DNA of 60,740 nt, counting the filler. It is 4 parts of 4 records of this genome, joined end to end, with 100 filler letters (N's around TTAATTAATTAA, not from the genome) between each part and the next. Parts side by side here need not be neighbours in the genome. Positions count along the whole stretch, not along the records: positions 52,044 to 60,740 come from DRR378314_2242; 3 more parts are not named here. One strand, written 5' to 3'. The position numbers and the translations under genes are program-made. Positions 55,501 to 60,740 of the stretch are shown here, one piece after another (positions within the stretch are counted from its first letter, which is position 1; every line of letters starts with the position of its first letter). The notes beneath the pieces are model-generated. The model saw only the letters and a list, made by a program, of their open reading frames with translations, was not told the origin of the DNA and ran no database searches.

Positions 55501-58500
55501 GCAGCATCCGCGACAACTGCGTCAAGGGCCTCGTGCGCCGCTGCCCGGTCGCCCGCCGCAGCCACCAGCTCGGCAAGCCCCTGCGCACCCCCGGCGCGCT
55601 CGGCCGGCGACGTATCGGAGCGAACCTGTGCACGCAGCCATCCGAGCGTCTCGCTCTCCAGTGGATCGCCTTGGTTCGCAGCGATCGTGGCGAGAGCGCG
55701 CGCGGCTGCGGCACGCACCGCAGGGTTCGGGTCGCGCAGCGCTTCGCGCAGAGGCGGCGCAAGCTGGTTGGCGTGCGGCGCCAGATCGGCGGCTTCGGCC
55801 ACCAGCGCACACGTCGCGCCAGCAATGCGGCACGCGGCGCGCTTCGCGTCCGCGCTCCGGTCGCGCAGGCCTCGCCGTAAGATTGGAACGACGAGCGCAA
55901 GCGATGCGGCGTCCACAGCGGTCACAAACGTAGTGGACATGAGTGAATTCAGCGCGCCGGCAGTCCGCTCGGCCGGGTCGGCAAGTGCCTCGAGCAGCAT
56001 GGGCGCGAGCGCGCGGATCTCGCGGTTCTGCGTCACGCCAGCAACTTCGCGCAGCGCACCGAGCGCCGCACTTTGGACGCGAGGGTGGGAGTCTGCCATT
56101 GCCTCGCACAGGTGCGGGACGACCGTCGGCAGCGCGGTCGCAAGCTGGCGCGGCGCACAGTACGCCGTTGCGCCAAGCATGCGCACAGCGCCTTCTTTTG
56201 TGCGCCACGCCGGATCGGACGCGCCCCGCAGCAGCGCGGGCATGACGAGCTTTACGCCTGGTGCCGAAAGCTCCGCCATGATCGCACGCGCGGCCACTTC
56301 GGCAGCGTCCCGCACGCCAGTGTCGTGATCGGAAAAGCACGCGAGAAGGAGCGGTAGGATATGAATCACGTACGGTTCGAACAGCCGACGCAGTGTGGTC
56401 GCGAGGCACTCGATCGCAAAGAGCGCACCCTGACGGCGTGGCGGGTCCTTTTTCGCATCGAGAGCCTCTTGCAGCGCCTGCATGATGCCGTCCTGCTTTA
56501 GTGCCGGAATACCGAGGCCACGGACGATGCCTGCGATCCCGTACGCAGCGCCCCGCCGGTCTCCGTAGCTGGCCCCCGCAACAAGGCGCTCGAGCAGCGA
56601 CGGCAACGCACTGCGCGCCCGATCGCGCTCGCCTTTCGCGAGCGGGCCCAGACAGTCGCACACGGCGCGCTGCACAACCTCGGCGGGCGTCGACAGCGTT
56701 CCGATGAGCGCATCGAGAGCCGCTGCGCGGCGCGGATCGCCGGGCGGAAGAAACTCCGCCGCCGCGCCGAGCATCGTGACCGCGCCCTCGCGAATGCGGT
56801 CGCCGCGCTCAGGGTCGTCGCTGCCGTCTGCGCCGAGAGCCGCGTCAATCGCAGGTGTCACAGCGCCTGCATTCACGCCTCCGCGTGCGCGCACAAGCGC
56901 GATTCCAGCGTCAAGCATCGCCCCGCGAACGCGTTCGTCCTCGTCGGCCAACCCGTGGGAAAGCAGGAACGAGGCAACAACGGGCGCGTCGCGCTCAGCA
57001 CACAAAGGCGCAAGCTCGCGCAGTGCGGCCGCAGCGCCGCCTCGTGACGCCGCCGGCGCGGCGCCACGCGCGTGAAGAGAAAACGCACGCGCAAGCTGCG
57101 GCGCGACCAGAGCGCCATCGCTGCTGCGTGCGCACGCGGCAGCGATGGCGCGCGCTCCTGCATCGCGCACAAACGGACGAGGATGGGCGAGCAGAGAACC
57201 AAGAGAGCCCACCATGGCACCAGGTTCGAGCCCAGCACATGTACTGGGAGCGTCTCCTGTTGCTGCCGTACGGCCCACGTGGTCGTCAGCAGCAGCGACC
57301 AGCGCCGACGCGGTCCGCGCAACATCTTCGTCAGCGTCGTGAGCGGCCAGCCAGACGCAATCGCTCACAGCGTTGCGGACCGCCGGTGAAGCTGCGGCGG
57401 CCGCCCCAACAGCCATGTGACGCGCGCCCGATGCCGACGCCAGGAAGCCAGCGCGAAGGGCACGGACGGCCGCGTCGTTGCCAGGAAGAATACGCGCGCT
57501 GCATTCGGAAGCGAGTGCAGCAATCGCTTCGCGCGTGTTTGCGGCGATCACGTTTGTCGTGCTCACTGCACGGAGAGCACCACTCATAATGTCTGGAAGA
57601 GAATCTTGTACGTCACTATCGGCTGCGTCCAGTGCGGTGAGCGCGGCGTGCAGAGCGCGGCAGCACGCGAGCGCATCCGCGGCGCTCCCAAGCGCCCACG
57701 ACAGCACCGGTGCAGCAACTGCCAGCGCTGCGCTTGTCTGTAGCGGTAGAGACGCCACAAGGCCAAGCCCCCCAATGTGGTCGCCAGTACGTTCCAACAT
57801 CCGCGCAGCTGCATGCGCCGCTGTAGAGATTGCTGTCGCCGATGCTGCATCGGCGCGCTCGCGCGCCTCTGCGGCAACCTGTTCCGGGGGTGGCCCCGCG
57901 CGAACGGAGGCCGCTGCGGAGAGATCGGATGCACCGCCAACACTGGCTTCTGCATCTGCCGCGCGACCGGTGTCTTGCGCGCACGCTTCCGCGGCGGCCT
58001 CCGCAGCACCCTCGGCGGCCTCTGCGTCTGCAATGGCAGCCAGGGCAGGCGCTAACGCGCCACCCAGACCATAGAGCGCTTCGGACGCTGCCTCTCGTGC
58101 GAGCAAATACGGCGCCAGCCCCCGCGCAGCAGTGACAAGTGCCCCGGCCGTGCCGTAGAGCGCGCGCGGTGATGTCTCCACGATGCGAGTCGTGCAGGAC
58201 GCGGCAAAGCAGGCACGCGCCACCAGCGCTGCGCACCGGCCGCGTGCCTCGCTTTCGCGCGTGAGAGCTGACGCGCGCGCGGCGTCCTCGCGCGCGCTCT
58301 TGGCCGCCTTTGGTGCATTTCGTCCGAGTGCCGCCAAAGCGGCATGTGCGTCTGCGCGCTCGGAGGCATCGGCGCGGTCGGACGCGGTGGGCAACGCCTC
58401 GCGTATTTTTCGGTCGTGCACCGACTCACCCGGTGAGGTCAGCGCGGCATCGCGATCGTTCGGACCAAGCGAGGCGAACGAACGCGCGTCCAGAGCGCGC

Positions 58501-60470
58501 AAGAGCGCAGGGGCTACTGTGCGGCTGCCGTCGAGGGCACCGTCTCGCGCAAGCACAGCCAACGCACGCGCAGCACTACGGCGGCGCCGCAGCGAGGCTG
58601 CAGCATCTCCCGCGGGATCTGCGCCCCCGCACGGGACCAGAGCAGGCGCAGTGGCCGCGCTGGTAACTGCAGCAGCGACCGAGGACTCGCTCGTCGCGTT
58701 CTCAACGTCGGCAGCGGCAAGCAGCACCCCGGCAGCGGCCTCGGGCGAGCGCGTGCAAGCTTCCCTGAGCGCGTTTGCGAGTGCTTGTCGCCGTATGCGG
58801 CGTGCACGACGCGTGCGCGCCTCAGCTCCTGCGGCAGGATGTGCGCCAGCTCGCGCCAGAGCCGCCGCGGCTTGTGCGAGCTCTGCTGCCTCGCTTCCCG
58901 TTGCGGTGGAAAGAACGCTCTCAAGCCCAGCTGCAACAGCACGAACGCCGCACGCGAGCCGCGACGCACGTGATCCGAAGGATGCCGCGCCGGGATCCAC
59001 ACCATCGCAAACAGAGCACAGTGCGCCGGCCGAGACGGCAGCGCCAGCAGGGTACGCGCCTGACGCGCGGCGCAGGGCCGCGCACGCACTCGAGCGAGCA
59101 CCAGCCGCATCAAACAGAGCGATCGCCGCAAGCGCCCTCGCGGAAGGCGCTGCAGCAGTTGCGGCAACGACGCGGCCGAGCGTTGGACAGAGCGTTGCCA
59201 CGGCAGCAGCCAGCGCCGGCGTGTCACACAGTGCAGCGCATCGTGTCGCGACATTGTTCTCTTCCGCGAGAAGGGCGGACAGAGCACTGACGCTATCGTC
59301 CGACTTTGCTTCCGACGAGAGCGCGCCAGCCGCAGCATCGTCACCAGCAGAGGAGGCGCGCTCGAGCAGAGCTAGCGCTGCTGCGCCCTCTGCTACGCGC
59401 TGCGCGCCTGCTCCATCCGAGCGAGCCGCGGCGAGTGCACGCTGCGCAATCGCGACGCCTTCGCCGTGCAGCAGGCCGTCGGACGCAAGTGCTGCCAACG
59501 CGACCAGCGCGTCAAGCCGCGACGAATCGCTCTCCGCCGCCTTGACGAGAGCAGCGCGAACATGGCCAAGGTCTCCCCTCGCAGAGGCGGAATCGCCCCG
59601 CAGCGCCTGTGCGTCGATCAGCTTGCCACAAGCGCGCGCGAGTGCAGCCCGAGCGGAGGCGACTTTCTCGGCAGCAAGCAGTGCCGCCAACGCGTGCAGA
59701 GCGCGCGCGCGCTCTGCAGCTGCTCCAGGTGCAGGAGCGTCTGCTACGCTCGCAAGCGCATCCGCGACGGCAATGCGGCCCTCTGGTCGCGTCGCGGCTA
59801 CCAGCTTACCGGACGCCGCTCCCTCCAGCGCAGTGACAACGGCGTCAACACCCCCACTATCAGTGATTCCCTTCAGGAGCGACCGCACGGCATCAACGGC
59901 CGCAGACCGACGCGCAGCTGCATCGTGTACAAGCTGGCAAACTAGATCCTCTGCAACCGCTGTGGCGCACGGAGCGAGCTCTGCTCTTGTGTACTGGAAT
60001 ACCCGGGATGCCAGCGGCACCGCATGCTCGGGCGCGCGCTTGAGAGCGCGTCCCAGAGCGGGCGCAATGTTATCCCGGACAGCATCCGGCGCAATCGAGG
60101 CGAAAATATGGCGCGTGGCATCCACGGCGGACAACGAAACAGGCCCGCGCAGCCCAGAAAAGAGGGCTGTCTCGACGGCCTTGAGTGCGGCTTCGCGCTG
60201 CACGGCGCCAAGCTCAAACAGGGCGCGGAGCGCGTGCATTGTCGACTGCGAAGGATCGCGAACGACCGCGTCCGCCGCAGCGTCGAGAGCGCGCTGCTTC
60301 CCTGGGCCGCGAAATTGCGATTTGAATGCAGAGCGGGCCGCGCGGCAAGGTCGCCGACACGTGCGACGAAGTGAAGCAGATGTTGAAGAAGAGGTGTCGA
60401 CGTCACGCGTGGACGAGATGGAGGATATCAGCGAGAGTTCCAACGCGACAACACGCTTGAGCTCGGCATC
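52518..60470 (-). CDS. GCN1: Eukaryotic eIF2-alpha kinase activator GCN1 (HEAT-repeat protein), main exon
   Basis: About 2,650 uninterrupted codons with conserved GCN1 blocks: LSTPAEVVQRAV, RRGAAYGIAGIVRGLG, LFEPYVIHILPLLL, GVKLVMPALL, WRTKEGA...AYCAPRQL, ERAGGAQGLAE, ITGPLIRVVGDRF, PQLQTTF. Confidence 0.9.
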   Translation of the reverse strand, partial: DAELKRVVALELSLISSISSTRDVDTSSSTSASLRRTCRRPCRAARSAFKSQFRGPGKQRALDAAADAVVRDPSQSTMHALRALFELGAVQREAALKAVETALFSGLRGPVSLSAVDATRHIFASIAPDAVRDNIAPALGRALKRAPEHAVPLASRVFQYTRAELAPCATAVAEDLVCQLVHDAAARRSAAVDAVRSLLKGITDSGGVDAVVTALEGAASGKLVAATRPEGRIAVADALASVADAPAPGAAAERARALHALAALLAAEKVASARAALARACGKLIDAQALRGDSASARGDLGHVRAALVKAAESDSSRLDALVALAALASDGLLHGEGVAIAQRALAAARSDGAGAQRVAEGAAALALLERASSAGDDAAAGALSSEAKSDDSVSALSALLAEENNVATRCAALCDTPALAAAVATLCPTLGRVVAATAAAPSARALAAIALFDAAGARSSACAALRRASGAYPAGAAVSAGALCSVCDGVDPGAASFGSRASRLACGVRAVAAGLESVLSTATGSEAAELAQAAAALARAGAHPAAGAEARTRRARRIRRQALANALREACTRSPEAAAGVLLAAADVENATSESSVAAAVTSAATAPALVPCGGADPAGDAAASLRRRRSAARALAVLARDGALDGSRTVAPALLRALDARSFASLGPNDRDAALTSPGESVHDRKIREALPTASDRADASERADAHAALAALGRNAPKAAKSAREDAARASALTRESEARGRCAALVARACFAASCTTRIVETSPRALYGTAGALVTAARGLAPYLLAREAASEALYGLGGALAPALAAIADAEAAEGAAEAAAEACAQDTGRAADAEASVGGASDLSAAASVRAGPPPEQVAAEARERADAASATAISTAAHAAARMLERTGDHIGGLGLVASLPLQTSAALAVAAPVLSWALGSAADALACCRALHAALTALDAADSDVQDSLPDIMSGALRAVSTTNVIAANTREAIAALASECSARILPGNDAAVRALRAGFLASASGARHMAVGAAAAASPAVRNAVSDCVWLAAHDADEDVARTASALVAAADDHVGRTAATGDAPSTCAGLEPGAMVGSLGSLLAHPRPFVRDAGARAIAAACARSSDGALVAPQLARAFSLHARGAAPAASRGGAAAALRELAPLCAERDAPVVASFLLSHGLADEDERVRGAMLDAGIALVRARGGVNAGAVTPAIDAALGADGSDDPERGDRIREGAVTMLGAAAEFLPPGDPRRAAALDALIGTLSTPAEVVQRAVCDCLGPLAKGERDRARSALPSLLERLVAGASYGDRRGAAYGIAGIVRGLGIPALKQDGIMQALQEALDAKKDPPRRQGALFAIECLATTLRRLFEPYVIHILPLLLACFSDHDTGVRDAAEVAARAIMAELSAPGVKLVMPALLRGASDPAWRTKEGAVRMLGATAYCAPRQLATALPTVVPHLCEAMADSHPRVQSAALGALREVAGVTQNREIRALAPMLLEALADPAERTAGALNSLMSTTFVTAVDAASLALVVPILRRGLRDRSADAKRAACRIAGATCALVAEAADLAPHANQLAPPLREALRDPNPAVRAAAARALATIAANQGDPLESETLGWLRAQVRSDTSPAERAGGAQGLAELVAAAGDRAAAHEALDAVVADAADERAFVREGALSVFVFLPSALGDAFAPHIPRALPLLIAGACDEAEFVRDAAMRAAQALVTRFGRSSAAEILPPLLDGMAHANWRHRRAAVNLVGDLMSSIAASTSAGDTAGHAVSDENAAGERRADESDEQRGRGVMSVGADDDGLATRSQQRAVLETLGSERRAAVLAALYVARGDPAATVQHAAAYVWKSLVTHTGRALAEILPELVLTIIRGLAAADEERQYTAGRALGDLVGKLGAAVLARVLPLLCSAARAERAAVRQGACRGLGEVLAQAGSDAVAEYEADIVEAMRDALADPDASVRGAAAQAFDALHRALGARAVEAVVPALLARLSSPGADAGGESAGADENPVLDALRQLVTVRSHVVLPHLLPPLLEVPVATAHARALQALCGVAGAALRAHVTDIAAALVRTVALEGADVDAGAQDGAEGPAAQAAAARKALEALAGLSDNAGAAVLMDALERAGSGGTSLGPTPADSAAANRETAACLDALSVVVARAAGTSLLQRDALTSLIASLVPQLAHDDELVAAAAHRALGAATATIDKGKAAQYVAALREAVERTARLHGGSIPALARPRGLDPVLPVFLNGLLNGSAETRESAADAVGILVGATDAAALRPYAIKITGPLIRVVGDRFPWPVKAAILRTLRQMLERAGPALKAFVPQLQTTFVRALSDTAPRVRDLAAEALGALATLTPRAAALAADLGNLAASANDADSAAGAGTDGGVRSAALAALAAVLAAAGDRVAPPARADAAARAAPFLTAAHAPTRDSAARCVGGAAASLRGEALASLVQSCFGSGSGGDGWAERHGGALALAHVLRAVAWADVHEACGADVLQRLDDLLGDERAPVRAAALGAVGALLAGGAPPEIASRFVGKLAAALKSDAGGDERQGAVDAVRELAKCSPESVRSFLPDLVPPLLAAARDRNIVVKLAAERALYHSLQIGRDDSVLTAYAATCEPRDAKLVTEYSRRVLSRLPAVSDDEDDAA

Positions 60471-60579
60471 CTGGGCATGACAGCGGAAAAAAAGGCAAAG
60501 ATGAGTTCGCAATCACCCAGCGGATCAAAAAGCAGACAAAATCACCGCCACGTGTCAACACGAGCGCGTCACGTCGAAC
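60471..60579 (-). other. Probable spliceosomal intron (109 nt, GT...AG, phase 0)
   Basis: Minus strand: GAG|GTTCGA ... CTCAT branch-like site, polypyrimidine tract, CCCAG|GAT. The acceptor is better supported than the donor. Confidence 0.55.
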
Positions 60580-60633
60580 CTCACGGCTGGCATACTCGTT
60601 CCAAGCATCATCCTTGCCTACACTCGTTGGCAT
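60580..60633 (-). CDS. GCN1: Probable first coding exon of GCN1 (MPTSVGKDDAWNEYASRE)
   Basis: ATG at 60633 gives 18 codons that splice in frame to DAELKRV... through the proposed intron. Confidence 0.45.
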
Positions 60634-60740
60634 CCGACACGCTACTGACGGCCATACACCGTCGTACAAGCGTTCGCAACAATCGATTCGCTGTTTTCAT
60701 AGACTATCGAAACAGCAACAGCGCGCAGCGAAAGCCGCTC

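Noticed and set aside
53515-60480. Long antisense and alternate-frame ORFs over GCN1 (e.g. 58183-60480, 54387-55880, 54862-56328)
   Set aside because: Stop codons are scarce at this GC content, and the translations are low-complexity mirrors of the real frame.
51944-60740. Horizontal transfer of eukaryotic GCN1 into a bacterium
   Set aside because: The adjacency is created by an artificial linker, and the contig has its own composition and intron signals.

Overview
This window is not one locus. It joins four unrelated contigs with artificial 100-nt linkers (N44-TTAATTAATTAA-N44) at 17270-17369, 43718-43817 and 51944-52043. Contig A (1-17269) is alphaproteobacterial, probably Hyphomonadaceae/Caulobacterales-like. 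It carries a PrtD/PrtE-type type I secretion pair converging on the S10-spc-alpha ribosomal protein cluster (partial rpsJ through rplQ, with secY, adk and rpoA), and its L6 and L3 proteins have unusual insertions. Contig B (17370-43717) is gammaproteobacterial, Marinobacter-like. It carries a flavin oxidoreductase, a LysR-DUF1445-TRAP-pxpABC 5-oxoproline module, a DcaP-like porin, a DEDDh/GIY-YIG nuclease, the arginine succinyltransferase genes (astC, aruF, astA, astD, astB; astE separate), a TetR-RND efflux module and a basic amino acid ABC transporter. Contig C (43818-51943) is gammaproteobacterial, Halomonas-like. It has the 3' end of guaA followed by an apparently acquired phosphonoalanine/phosphonopyruvate catabolic cluster: LysR, aminotransferase, phosphonopyruvate hydrolase and an Fe3+-type ABC transporter. 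Contig D (52044-60740) is a very GC-rich eukaryotic fragment encoding a ~2,670-aa GCN1 HEAT-repeat protein with a probable short 5' intron. The most interesting element is the phosphonate (pal-like) cluster at guaA, whose promoter has both a LysR box and a Pho-box-like element. Taxonomic calls are impressions from protein sequences, not search results.
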